This document shows positions 10,014 through 20,175 of a stretch of 64,000 bases of DNA, piece after piece. The position numbers and the translations under genes are program-made. The stretch comes from an uncultured Bacteroidales bacterium (GTDB lineage: Bacteria > Bacillota_I > Bacilli_A > RFN20 > CAG-826): contig CAVJMG010000001.1 of NCBI GenBank assembly GCA_963650805.1, forward strand, positions 334,554 through 398,553, in the 5' to 3' direction. How positions within the stretch are numbered: the first letter of the stretch is position 1; every line of letters begins with the position of its first letter. The notes under the pieces were generated by a model. It saw only the letters and a list, made by a program, of their open reading frames with translations, was not told the DNA's origin and did not search any database.

Positions 10014-11015
10014 ATGTCTAATAAAATTTTAAAAGTATCAATTATAATTCCGGTCCACAATTCTGAAAAAACACTTAAGCGATGTGTCCATAGCATTCTT
10101 TCACAAAATTACCCAGAGGTTGAGTGCATATTAATTGAAAACGGCTCAACCGATAGTTCAAAATCTATGTGTGGCTCTCTAGCCGGCAAGTATTCTAACG
10201 TGCATTACGCCTCAACCGATTCTCCGGGGGTATCAAAAGCGAGGAACATTGGCCTATCAATTGCCACAGGAGACGTTATCTCCTTTTGCGACGCTGATGA
10301 TTATCTGGAAAAAAACGCAGTCGAAAAGGCGATTGAACAATTTTATAGCAATCCAAGTGTTGCGGTTGTTGTGGGCGCCATTAACACCGGAGCTTACGAA
10401 AACAACCATTTTATAAAAAGTTCTCGAAAGCTAAAAGAAAGAACTATCCACGCCGCAAAAGCTTTACGGCTAATTTTAGTTGATGACTCCATAATGGGCA
10501 GCGTTTGTAACAAATATTATAGAAGGCAAATATTAAAGGGGACCAAGTTCGACCCGGAACTAAGCTTATGCGAGGACATGCACTTCAATGCAGTTGTCCT
10601 TAGTTCCATAGGTTCAACGTATAGAATTAAAATCATAAGTACCCCCCTATATTGTTACGTGGCTAACCCCGCCAGTGTTACGCACGATAAAGACGCTTTA
10701 TTTGACGAGAACGATGAACTAAAGTACATTTCAGCATTAAAGAGAATCGGGAAGGATTGCGATTTGGATCGCAAAACAATTGGCTTCCTTCAGATGAAAA
10801 TTTGCTGTTTCGCTATTGATTGTTTGGAGGGCACCGAGCTTTGCGAAAATCGGAAACATAATTTGCTGTCGGAGCTAAAGAAAACGTACATGAGCTTACT
10901 CTTCCATTTGTTTGCGAACAATTGGAAATGGAATACAAAAAGGCTCATCCATGGCCTCAAATTTTTAATTCTAGCAAAAAGGGAAAGGGCCAAAGTCAAA
11001 AAAGAACAAAACTAA
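10014..11015 (+). CDS. GT2 family glycosyltransferase
   Basis: IIIPVHNSEKTLKRCVHSILSQNYPEVECILIENGSTDSS… followed by a CDADD (DxD) motif. Confidence 0.8.
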   Translation: MSNKILKVSIIIPVHNSEKTLKRCVHSILSQNYPEVECILIENGSTDSSKSMCGSLAGKYSNVHYASTDSPGVSKARNIGLSIATGDVISFCDADDYLEKNAVEKAIEQFYSNPSVAVVVGAINTGAYENNHFIKSSRKLKERTIHAAKALRLILVDDSIMGSVCNKYYRRQILKGTKFDPELSLCEDMHFNAVVLSSIGSTYRIKIISTPLYCYVANPASVTHDKDALFDENDELKYISALKRIGKDCDLDRKTIGFLQMKICCFAIDCLEGTELCENRKHNLLSELKKTYMSLLFHLFANNWKWNTKRLIHGLKFLILAKRERAKVKKEQN

Positions 11016-11098
11016 TCCTGTTATAGGACTTTCGAATAACCGACCCAAAGCATGTTTAACATTATCGGCCTAAAACCAGGTAAGAAAGCTTCTACGCG

Positions 11099-11815
11099 TC
11101 AAGACCCCTTCAGTGCTTTTCTCATGGTGACTTTAATCCAAACCCAGAATACTTTAAAAGGGTTTTTAATGTGCTTAGTTCTCAGGAAAATTTCGCCGTC
11201 TCTAGTTAAATTCCATCCGTAATTATACCAATGAATTGTTACCGTCTCTTTCTTATTTACCGGCAAATTGTTGACATGAGAATAATCATATGGAGAAAAA
11301 ACGTTTTTCTCGGCGATCAAAGTGTTCTTCAATAGTTCGGGATTATTATCTCTAACAAAGTTGAAAATATACGGATTGACGTATAATTCAGATTCCATTA
11401 TTTCATTATCGTAGTAGTTCAATAATCTTTGTATCAGTTTTGAATGTTTTTCTGCACCAATAACGCCAGTGCATATAAATTGTTTCTCTTCATATCCCAT
11501 GAAGTTTTCATATCCCAAGAACTTATCAAACTTTTGTAATATTTCTACATCCGTATCTAAATAAATGCCGCCTTCATTATATAAGATATATAGCCTTAAA
11601 TAGTCAGAGGCAAATGCCCATAATTTATATTTAAGACATTTATCAAGGAATTCGTTTCCTTTCCTCAGCTCTTCCAAATCGAGATTATCTTCATTCCACT
11701 CAACAATTTCATAATCGTCGCCCAAAACGTTGTACCACGAATTAATACAAATTTCAGAAAGTTTAGATTTACCTCCCTTACCTAACCATATGTAATGGAT
11801 TTTCTTGTCTATCAT
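11099..11815 (-). CDS. DXD-motif glycosyltransferase (GT32 / Gly_transf_sug-like capsular sugar transferase)
   Basis: N-terminal KIHYIWLG signature and a DTD motif. 238 aa. Confidence 0.65.
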   Translation of the reverse strand: MIDKKIHYIWLGKGGKSKLSEICINSWYNVLGDDYEIVEWNEDNLDLEELRKGNEFLDKCLKYKLWAFASDYLRLYILYNEGGIYLDTDVEILQKFDKFLGYENFMGYEEKQFICTGVIGAEKHSKLIQRLLNYYDNEIMESELYVNPYIFNFVRDNNPELLKNTLIAEKNVFSPYDYSHVNNLPVNKKETVTIHWYNYGWNLTRDGEIFLRTKHIKNPFKVFWVWIKVTMRKALKGS

Positions 11816-11940
11816 CAGTTGTTCTCCGAGAAATCAAACGCGCTCATCCGGCTTATAAGCCATATTTTTATTCAAATGGCCTCGCAATAAAAGACACATT
11901 CGTTAAATGTCGACGAACAGCAAGACGGCCGTTGCGAAGT

Positions 11941-13245
11941 TTAGCTGACGGCTCGATGCTTATAGTAGACAAAGGATGAGGCGAGCAAGAAATAAACAAC
12001 ATAGCCAAGTTCCATTCTTAAAGTCGAATTGTAGATGGCAAAAACTATCAGAAGCAGACAATAGACTTGTCCAAAAGCCCCGTAGCCATCATTATCTCCA
12101 AATTTCCTTTTAGCGCGGGAGATCCAAATAAAGATTGAAATGAAAACCGCAAGATAAGCCGCAACGCCTAAGAACCCGCACTCCAAAAAGAATTTTTGGA
12201 AAGAAAACCAAGAATAATGATAGGAACTGAACGCCAAAGAAAAAGGACTCGTGAATATGGGATAAGCAGAAATTTCGCAAGCCCCGAAGCCATAGCCAAA
12301 TAGATTTAAAACCCAATCGCCGTGAAACCATATGTCGTTAATATCGGAAACGGCGCCAAACCTCGATATTTCATAACCGCCACCGACGGCAAAACCAACA
12401 TTAAAATAATCAGATAGATTGGCCATTTGAGATGCCCACTCCGGAAAAACGATGCTAAAAACGGCATAAGAAACGGCCAAGCCCACAATGCTAATAAATA
12501 TTAAGGCGACTGACTTCGTGGATTTCTTAGAAAAGATAACGCATAAAATAATGGCCAAAGCAAACTCTGCATAAAATGCTTTCAGCTCGGCTAAAGCGCT
12601 TAGCAACAAACAGCTGAGCAATGTAAGCGCCATCTTTGAGAAAGACATTTTGGAACGTAAATAAAGGCAAACAGCAGCCACCGTTAGATAGCAAAAATAC
12701 GCATTCGTATAAGCGTTGCAGCCCGTTGTGACACCAAAGATACCGCCAAGATTGTCCTGCTTATAGCCGAACACAAAGTATTGAATCAAAGAAACTAATA
12801 CATTCAAAATTTGAAGTCTAAACAAAAACTTTGCAACGCGCTCGACAGAGTTAATCGACAAATATAAAACGCAAGCAAGGAAGAAAGGGAAAAACCGCAT
12901 TTCGTTTCTGAAGGCCCAAACAACAAGAAGTGGATTAACCAAATGGATTATCGAAGTGGCGAAGCACGCCAAATTTAAGCACACCAAAGCATAAAAGACA
13001 CCGGTAAGCCGAAGCTTATAAATCTTTTTGTTGCGAGACGCATCAAAGAGAATCTCGATTAAGACGAAAAGGTTGATAACGTCTATCAGATAGCTAAGCG
13101 TTGTCGGCAAAGAGAACAAAGCGCATACTCCATTATAAAGAAGCGCGAACCAAAGCTGAAAAAGAATGACCTTTTCCAAGTCAATCCGCTTTGTGGAATG
13201 CGTTCTGCAATGTCCCATATTGTGCGCAACAACAGCGTCCATCAA
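11941..13245 (-). CDS. wzy: Polytopic membrane protein; putative Wzy-type repeat-unit polymerase
   Basis: 434 aa with at least ten predicted hydrophobic helices. It lies between GT genes in a Wzx/Wzy-type locus. Confidence 0.5.
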   Translation of the reverse strand: MMDAVVAHNMGHCRTHSTKRIDLEKVILFQLWFALLYNGVCALFSLPTTLSYLIDVINLFVLIEILFDASRNKKIYKLRLTGVFYALVCLNLACFATSIIHLVNPLLVVWAFRNEMRFFPFFLACVLYLSINSVERVAKFLFRLQILNVLVSLIQYFVFGYKQDNLGGIFGVTTGCNAYTNAYFCYLTVAAVCLYLRSKMSFSKMALTLLSCLLLSALAELKAFYAEFALAIILCVIFSKKSTKSVALIFISIVGLAVSYAVFSIVFPEWASQMANLSDYFNVGFAVGGGYEISRFGAVSDINDIWFHGDWVLNLFGYGFGACEISAYPIFTSPFSLAFSSYHYSWFSFQKFFLECGFLGVAAYLAVFISIFIWISRAKRKFGDNDGYGAFGQVYCLLLIVFAIYNSTLRMELGYVVYFLLASSFVYYKHRAVS

Positions 13246-13359
13246 TCTCCCTCAAATTCAGCGAGGATACTATAAACCTCGTTTTAAGTTCTAACAACAA
13301 GGGTTCCGACCTCCGGAAACTTCGTCTAGGCCCCTCCCGAAGTCGACATAAGAGTGTCC

Positions 13360-14415
13360 TTATTTCAAAACTTTCTTAATACAACGCTTCAACCTCAGCA
13401 GAAAAACGGCAAACCAATTAAGTCTGTGTCTTATGGCGAAAACCAAAACTCGTTTGTATGGTTCGCTTCCATTGAACGCTAAGCGTTTGGCTATTTCTTG
13501 AAAACGCTCATCGCTAATTATTTCTTTGAGTTTTTTCGTCTTTTCTTTTCTGCTAAATTTCGAGCAATTTAGAATTAAATCAAACGCGCCTTGTATATTG
13601 CCAAAATACTGTAAGCCCAAGTTTTTCTTTACCAAATCGTTGTAGCCAAATTCTTCTGCCAGTTTTATTGATTCAAAATACTGATAGGTGCATTTTTCGA
13701 ACCTATCATCTCGATACGTTGAGGTCAAAGAGGCCACGTTGTTCTTTCTATAAAAATATAAATTATCCGGAATAGAAAGAACGCTTTTCGCATATTTGAA
13801 TAGGAACAGGTTGGAATAGTAATCCTCAGATATAAAGACTCTTTCAGAAACAAACCGGAACTTTGATGAGCGAATGAGCTCCATCGAAATAATTTTTGTG
13901 CATGCCGACCCATCGAGCCCCTTGTCCGTTCCACCAAGATAGACCACCTCCGGCAAGGTTGTATTTTGTACCGCGTCGCCCAAATATTCAGTGTGCTTAT
14001 TAGACAATTTAGCTTCGGCGATCTGTTTCTCATCAACGAAGGTTGTTATCCCATAAGCAAAGATGTCATATTTTTTCGTTGATAAATACTTGGCCGCAAC
14101 TTCAAACAAGCGAGGATCCAACACGTCATCTCCATCAATAAAGGCAATATAATCCCCAGTCGCATTTTCGATCCCTGTGTTTCTAGCCATCCCTAGTCCG
14201 GCATTGACTTTATGTACAGCCTTAATTCGGGCATCGTCCGCCGCGAAAGCGTCGCATATTTTCCCAGAATCATCCTTAGACCCATCATCGACCAGAATAA
14301 TCTCAAGGTTTTTGTAGGTTTGATTAATGATTGATTTGACACATTTGCCAACGAATTTCTCGATGTTGTAGACGGGGACCACAACGGTGAAACATATATC
14401 TTCATTTGGTTCCAT
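13360..14415 (-). CDS. GT2 family glycosyltransferase
   Basis: FTVVVPVYNIEKFVGKCVKSIINQTYKNLEIILVDDGSKDDS … AFIDGDD. Confidence 0.8.
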   Translation of the reverse strand: MEPNEDICFTVVVPVYNIEKFVGKCVKSIINQTYKNLEIILVDDGSKDDSGKICDAFAADDARIKAVHKVNAGLGMARNTGIENATGDYIAFIDGDDVLDPRLFEVAAKYLSTKKYDIFAYGITTFVDEKQIAEAKLSNKHTEYLGDAVQNTTLPEVVYLGGTDKGLDGSACTKIISMELIRSSKFRFVSERVFISEDYYSNLFLFKYAKSVLSIPDNLYFYRKNNVASLTSTYRDDRFEKCTYQYFESIKLAEEFGYNDLVKKNLGLQYFGNIQGAFDLILNCSKFSRKEKTKKLKEIISDERFQEIAKRLAFNGSEPYKRVLVFAIRHRLNWFAVFLLRLKRCIKKVLK

Positions 14416-14505
14416 TGATTTTGCCTTTCATTGTTGAAGTCATTAGTATCGTCACATGACCGCCCGTTTCGGGGCGATTTAGTTTGTGCCAATATATGGA
14501 TGCGG

Positions 14506-15093
14506 TCATTTACCCGATGGGCTTTTCTCCCAAGGTATCGAATCCAAGAATTTATTCATATCTTTATATTTCTTTGTGCGCTGTTGAAATTTCAATAGAG
14601 TTGCATCTTCTCTTACAAGTTTATTCATCTCTTTATATTGGGGGATTAGCCCATCGCTAGAATCAGTAAATAGCCAAAAGAATTCACGCAAGTCCTCAGG
14701 TTTTGGATTTTGATTGAACCTTGCTCTGTAGCATTTAACCAATTCAATTGCTTCAGCCTCATAGGCATTTAGCCTTTTTTGATAATATTCATCCAAAGTG
14801 CATATCAATTTCGCGGGATTACCCGCTATAACGGAATTATCTGGAAACGATTTATTAACGAGGGAATTGGCACCAACAATACAGTTATTGCCAATGTGCA
14901 CTCCTTTTAATATCGTGGCGTTCATACCTATGAAAACATTATTGCCAATAACCACTTCGCCCGAGGACCCAATGACATCACCATGAACTCCTCGAAGGAC
15001 GGCCCAATCGTAACCACGAGTTAGACTAGAGATCCCCTCAATTTCGCACCCATGTTTTCCTAAAAGCTGAACACTGCACCTATAACCGTACAA
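14506..15093 (-). CDS. Left-handed β-helix (hexapeptide-repeat) O-acetyltransferase
   Basis: VIGNNVFIGMNATILKGVHIGNNCIVGANSLV…AGNPAK. Confidence 0.7.
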   Translation of the reverse strand: MYGYRCSVQLLGKHGCEIEGISSLTRGYDWAVLRGVHGDVIGSSGEVVIGNNVFIGMNATILKGVHIGNNCIVGANSLVNKSFPDNSVIAGNPAKLICTLDEYYQKRLNAYEAEAIELVKCYRARFNQNPKPEDLREFFWLFTDSSDGLIPQYKEMNKLVREDATLLKFQQRTKKYKDMNKFLDSIPWEKSPSGK

Positions 15094-15145
15094 CAGCTTT
15101 TATCGCATCTTTTGAAATAATTTCATAACAGACATAAACGTAACC

Positions 15146-15634
15146 TCATTTAGAACTGTATTCTTCTATTGAACAAATCTGGTGAGCAGGATTTCCAGCG
15201 TAAACCATACCATCCGGAATGTCTTTTGTAACAACGCTCCCCGCGCCGACAATACAGTTTGATCCAATGCTGATTCCACAAAGGATAGTGACTCTTTGGC
15301 CAATGAAGGTGTTGTCCCCAATTTTGGTGGGAGCTATTTTCACCTCAGTTTGCCCGGTCTTCAGATTATGTAATTTGTAACTGAGGGCTGCGTCGTGCGT
15401 CAAGATTATTGTGTACTGAGCAATAACGACATTTCGACCAATATAAATAGGAGCGCTCGTATCCAAGTGAGCCCGATAAGATATGTAATTGACCCCCCCG
15501 CTAAAGACAACCCCGTATTTCTTATAAATCCGAACGAGATGCTTATTGTAGGCTTTCCGACCGAAGATCATGAAATACTGAAGCGTCGAAAGACGCATTT
15601 TCTTCAAAACTTGTCCGAATTTCCCCATAACCAT
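15146..15634 (-). CDS. Hexapeptide-repeat O-acetyltransferase (WcaF/WbbJ-like)
   Basis: IGDNTFIGQRVTILCGISIGSNCIVGAGSVVTKDIP…AGNPA. Confidence 0.7.
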   Translation of the reverse strand: MVMGKFGQVLKKMRLSTLQYFMIFGRKAYNKHLVRIYKKYGVVFSGGVNYISYRAHLDTSAPIYIGRNVVIAQYTIILTHDAALSYKLHNLKTGQTEVKIAPTKIGDNTFIGQRVTILCGISIGSNCIVGAGSVVTKDIPDGMVYAGNPAHQICSIEEYSSK

Positions 15635-15641
15635 TTGGTGC

Positions 15642-16167
15642 TCATTCTATAAAGCCGATACCGTTGCCCATTTCGTCAATGAATTCCGAAACGCAATCTT
15701 CATTCAATTGAAACGGCCTTTTCCCGTTGAGATCCAAGTGTGGCGCGTTTTCAAATTTTTGGCCACATCTATTTTTAAATTCATCAACTGTACATAAGAA
15801 CCTAGCCGGAACACCCCCCCCAAACTTCTCCTTGCGGTACATCCTTATTAACAAGCGAGCACGCGCCAATTATGGAATTTGTTCCAATGTGAACGCCAGG
15901 CATAACAACGCTTTTGGTCCCAACAAACGCATTATCGTTAATCACAGTTTTGGACACTTTGGTGTAATTCAATAGTTTCTTAGTGCTCCCATCATGAGCC
16001 AATATGTAAACATCTTTCGCTAGTGTCACATTATTCCCAATAGTTATCAATTCAGGAAAAACCGCATCGATGTTAGCTCCTTTCTCTATGTGGAAATTGG
16101 TTCCAAGCGTTAAGCCTCGCTTTTTTAATCTCCACAAATACAGCTTTCGATAGATTTGATACAGCAT
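15642..16167 (-). pseudogene. Hexapeptide-repeat O-acetyltransferase split by a frameshift in a G8/C8 homopolymer (15814-15821); candidate phase-variable gene
   Basis: The upstream piece ends …DVPQGEVWGG|CSG*. The other frame continues GGVPARFLCTVDEF…. Nine G residues would give an uninterrupted WbbJ-like protein. Confidence 0.65.
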
Positions 16168-16180
16168 AAAAGCCTCCTAA

Positions 16181-17263
16181 TCAAATTACATTAAAATACA
16201 AGTCAACGAGCTTTCTAACGTGCGCATCAAGAGAGAATCTCCCTTTTGCCAGTGAATAACTACTCTCGGACATTTTTTTGTAGATTGATGCGTCCGTCAA
16301 TATTTTAACAATCGCGGATGATGCGCCTCGCACATCCCCCGGGTCAAAAGTATATCCGTTAAAGTCATTAATCACAATTTTAGGTATACCGCCTACGTTT
16401 GTAGAAACAATCGGAAGCGCATATCCCATTGCGTCTAAAATAGACATTGGCATACCTTCGTTATACGAGGGTAAGATGAATAAATCTGCATTCATTAACG
16501 CCTCGTCCTTTTCCTCTCCTCTTATCCAACCTGGCATACTTACGGATTCGGAAACGCCTAAGTCGGCGCACAGGCCTTTAAATTTAACCTCATCTTTGGG
16601 GGTTCCTTTTCCGGCGATTATAAACTTAGATGCCGGGATGGTTTTTTTTACCGAAGCCACGATAGCCGGAATATCATAGCAGCCTTTCCTTTCCCCAATT
16701 TCCCCCAAGAACAAAACGGTGTTATTTTTGTTAGAGTCGCGCTTTACTCCTTCCTTAACCACGCAATAGTTTTGAAGGACAACCACCTTATTCGATTCAA
16801 CGATTCTTGATAGTTTGTCTTTCCATTCATCGGATAGCGCAATCAAGAGGTCGCATTTGTTGTAGGTTATCTTAATTTGCCTCTTTTTATTTTTATCGGC
16901 GTTCACGTAAAAACTTTCGAAATCGGCGCCATGAATATGATTAATGATTTTAATCTTGAAAAAGTGCGCTACATCAATAAAGAACTTTTTACGGTAAAAC
17001 GAAGGTCCGAAAGATGAGTGGATGTGCACAATCTGAGGCCTGAAAAAAATAAGAACGAAGACGAATCTAATATAAGCGCACAAAGCTTTTAGGAGTTTTC
17101 TCAGCTTGTTTCCATTTACATAAGATTCAATGTATTTGATTTGGACACGCTCATTAAGGTATTTGTTATCCCTATACCCATTAGTAACGGAAGCTATCCC
17201 TCCCTGGACGTTTCTATTTGGAACAATCATGCAAACTTTCATTTTCATATCACCCGAAAACAA
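16181..17263 (-). CDS. GT4 (group 1) glycosyltransferase
   Basis: C-terminal EGMPMSILDAMGYALPIVSTNVGGIPKIV motif. Confidence 0.75.
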   Translation of the reverse strand: MFSGDMKMKVCMIVPNRNVQGGIASVTNGYRDNKYLNERVQIKYIESYVNGNKLRKLLKALCAYIRFVFVLIFFRPQIVHIHSSFGPSFYRKKFFIDVAHFFKIKIINHIHGADFESFYVNADKNKKRQIKITYNKCDLLIALSDEWKDKLSRIVESNKVVVLQNYCVVKEGVKRDSNKNNTVLFLGEIGERKGCYDIPAIVASVKKTIPASKFIIAGKGTPKDEVKFKGLCADLGVSESVSMPGWIRGEEKDEALMNADLFILPSYNEGMPMSILDAMGYALPIVSTNVGGIPKIVINDFNGYTFDPGDVRGASSAIVKILTDASIYKKMSESSYSLAKGRFSLDAHVRKLVDLYFNVI

Positions 17264-17265
17264 AC

Positions 17266-18078
17266 TTAATTAAGGTTGTTCTCCTTGTATTTAAGTTTAT
17301 TCTTCTTAGTCACGCCAGTTAGACCATCGCAAAGAGAATACCAAACGTATTTGAATCCCCCGACAATGTATCTATTGAACAGACGCTTTGGCTCTTTGAA
17401 AAAACGGTACAGCCACTCCAAGCTCAATTTCTCTATCCATTTAGGGGCTTTCTTCAAATTGCCAGAAAAGAAATCAAAAGCCGCTCCAACGCCAAGGAGG
17501 ACTCCTGAGTCGATGCTATTTTCATGGGCGTCGATCCATCTCTCTTGCTTAGGCGCACCTATGCCCACCCAAATAAAATCAGGTTTAAGCGCGTTGATCT
17601 CTTTGACGATGTCTGCATCTTCTTTCTCAGTTAAAGGCCTAAAGGGAGGACAATAGGAGCCCACTATTTTCAAATTAGGATGTTTTTTTAGAATTTCAGA
17701 TTTGAGTGTAGACAAGACTTCCTCATTCTTGCCCCCATAGAAATAATGCGTTTTCCCGCTTCTCTCTGATTCTGAAAAAACAAAATCCATAAAATCCGGA
17801 GCCGAGCATCTCTCATTAGTTTTACCGCATTTGCGTACCTTTTTCACGATGGGCATACCGTCAATAACATTAAAAGACGAGTTCCCGTAAATGGCTTTCA
17901 AATCTTCGTGCTCTCTGCAGGCGATCGCGGCGGGAACGCCAACTAAATAAACGCTGTAAAAATTGGATTGTGAATCCAAAGACATCAAGGTGGTGACAAG
18001 TTCTTTTTTGGTGAACGCGGACACCTCAACGGAATTCAAAACGTAGTAGTTTTTGGAATGCTTGTATTCGGATTTCAT
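17266..18078 (-). CDS. WecB/TagA/CpsF-family (GT26) glycosyltransferase
   Basis: …IWVGIGAPKQERWI… signature. 270 aa. Confidence 0.75.
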   Translation of the reverse strand: MKSEYKHSKNYYVLNSVEVSAFTKKELVTTLMSLDSQSNFYSVYLVGVPAAIACREHEDLKAIYGNSSFNVIDGMPIVKKVRKCGKTNERCSAPDFMDFVFSESERSGKTHYFYGGKNEEVLSTLKSEILKKHPNLKIVGSYCPPFRPLTEKEDADIVKEINALKPDFIWVGIGAPKQERWIDAHENSIDSGVLLGVGAAFDFFSGNLKKAPKWIEKLSLEWLYRFFKEPKRLFNRYIVGGFKYVWYSLCDGLTGVTKKNKLKYKENNLN

Positions 18079-18086
18079 GCAACGTT

Positions 18087-19019
18087 TTATTTTTCTACTT
18101 CGTTCAAATAATAACGAATCGTGTTCCGCAAGCCTTCATCGAAAGTGGTTTCAGCCTCGAAGCCAAATTTTTCTTTGGCTTTCGAAACATCCAACACCCG
18201 TCTTTGCTGACCACCCAATCCGTTGTTGATATATACGAATTCACCTTGATAATCCATGATATCGCCAATCATTTTGGCGAGCTCACGAATAGTGATCTCA
18301 TTGCCGCTGCCGACATTGACCGGTTCAATCTCATTATAGTATTCAGCGGCCAAAACAACGGCTTTCGCCGCGTCAGCGACATAAACGAATTCCCTTGACT
18401 CGTAACCGGTCCCCCAAACCTCAACAGTTGGAAGACCCTTCATTTTGGCGTTGTAAACCTTCTTGATTAACGCCGGAATAACATGCGAATGCGCATCGTC
18501 AAATTTGTCTTTAGGCCCATAGAGATTAACGGGGAGCAAATGAATGGATTTATAACCGTATTGCTTTTTATAGGCAATTTGCTGTGCTAAAAGCATGCGT
18601 TTCGTCAAACCATAGGCATCGTTGGTGGGAACGGGATACCCGTCCCACAAAGTGTCTTCTTTGAATGGGCATGGCGTAATCGCGGGATATTCGCAAACGC
18701 TACCTACGGCAACAAACTTCTTTACCCCGTTTAAATAGGAGTGCTTAAGCATATATATATTGATTAAGGCATTCCTATCAAATTGATCGGCAGGATGAGT
18801 GGCGCTATACCCAATGCCGCCAATATCGGCCGCGGCGTGGATAACCATATCTACGTTTTTGTGGTCACAAAAAAGCCTCTTCGCGCCTTCCTCTGTGCTC
18901 AAATCGTAATCTTTGCTCCTAGGGACAATTACCTCATTATGATCCTTTAAAAGCGAAACGACATGAGATCCGAGGAAGCCTGCGCCGCCAGTAACTATTA
19001 TTTTTTTGTTTTCAATCAT
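18087..19019 (-). CDS. fcl: GDP-L-fucose synthase (GDP-4-keto-6-deoxymannose 3,5-epimerase/4-reductase)
   Basis: KIIVTGGAGFLGSHV Rossmann motif. …NLYGPKDKFDDAHSHVIPALIKK…EVWGTGYESREFVYVAD… matches Fcl. It sits directly downstream of gmd. Confidence 0.85.
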   Translation of the reverse strand: MIENKKIIVTGGAGFLGSHVVSLLKDHNEVIVPRSKDYDLSTEEGAKRLFCDHKNVDMVIHAAADIGGIGYSATHPADQFDRNALINIYMLKHSYLNGVKKFVAVGSVCEYPAITPCPFKEDTLWDGYPVPTNDAYGLTKRMLLAQQIAYKKQYGYKSIHLLPVNLYGPKDKFDDAHSHVIPALIKKVYNAKMKGLPTVEVWGTGYESREFVYVADAAKAVVLAAEYYNEIEPVNVGSGNEITIRELAKMIGDIMDYQGEFVYINNGLGGQQRRVLDVSKAKEKFGFEAETTFDEGLRNTIRYYLNEVEK

Positions 19020-19021
19020 TG

Positions 19022-20113
19022 TTATTCCCCCAAAGCCTTATCGAGTTTCTCGACGTTCATATGCAGTTTCTCAATCTTGGTTTTCATCAAATCTGCTTCC
19101 GCCATCATCTTGCAGAGTTCCTCATAAGAAGTCTTTTGGGGATTCCAATGAAGCACGCTCTTGGCTTTGCTAGGATCTCCCCAAAGGTTAACGACGTCGG
19201 TAGGACGATAGAACTTCTCATTCACGCAGACAAGCATTTTGCCCGTTGCCTTATCGTAGCCCTTCTCTTCGATGCCATTGCCTTTCCATTCAAGTTCAAT
19301 ACCAACGTAATGGAAAGCGAGGGCGCAGAATTCCCGAACCGTATGTTGGACACCGGTTGCAATCACGAAATCATCGGGCTGCTCTTGCTGAAGGATAAGC
19401 CACATGCATTCGACGTAGTCCTTGGCAAATCCCCAGTCTCTCAATGAATCTAGATTCCCGAGTTCTAGATGGTCCTGCAAGCCCATTTTGATTCTGCCTG
19501 CGGCAATGGTGATTTTACGGGTAACGAAATTCTCTCCGCGCCTAGGGGATTCGTGATTGAACAAAATCCCATTCGCGGCGAATATGCCGTAAGCGTCCCT
19601 ATATTCCCTGCACATCCAGAAGCCGTATTGTTTGGCAACCGCGTAAGGGGAATAAGGATGAAACGGCGTTTTCTCGTTCTGCGGGCATTCCTCTACTTTG
19701 CCATAAAGTTCAGAGGTGGAAGCTTGATAGAATTTCGTCTTCTTTTCCAAATGGAGAATATGAATAGCCTCTAGAATCCTAAGGACACCTAAGGCATCCA
19801 CATCTCCGGTGTATTCAGGGGCATCGAAGGAAGTGCCTACATGAGATTGGGCGGCGAGGTTATAAATCTCATCCGGTTGAATCTTGCCAATAAGATTGAT
19901 TAGGCTCGAGGAATCCGAAAGGTCGCCATCGTGGAGGGTTATGAGCTTCTTCTCCAAAAGATGATCGATCCTCCCCGTGTTGGATATGGAGGATCTGCGG
20001 ACAAGCCCGTGGACCTCATACCCTTTCTCAAGCAGGAACTCGGCCAAATAAGAGCCGTCCTGCCCCGTGATTCCCGTAATTAACGCTACTTTGTTCATAA
20101 ACACCTCATTCAA
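19022..20113 (-). CDS. gmd: GDP-mannose 4,6-dehydratase
   Basis: [35 protein letters not shown]… is near-canonical for Gmd. Confidence 0.9.
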   Translation of the reverse strand: MNEVFMNKVALITGITGQDGSYLAEFLLEKGYEVHGLVRRSSISNTGRIDHLLEKKLITLHDGDLSDSSSLINLIGKIQPDEIYNLAAQSHVGTSFDAPEYTGDVDALGVLRILEAIHILHLEKKTKFYQASTSELYGKVEECPQNEKTPFHPYSPYAVAKQYGFWMCREYRDAYGIFAANGILFNHESPRRGENFVTRKITIAAGRIKMGLQDHLELGNLDSLRDWGFAKDYVECMWLILQQEQPDDFVIATGVQHTVREFCALAFHYVGIELEWKGNGIEEKGYDKATGKMLVCVNEKFYRPTDVVNLWGDPSKAKSVLHWNPQKTSYEELCKMMAEADLMKTKIEKLHMNVEKLDKALGE

Positions 20114-20175
20114 ATCATTCTAATTATAAATGCAAACCCTATTGATGGTTTAATTTCCCAAACTTAAGGGAAACC

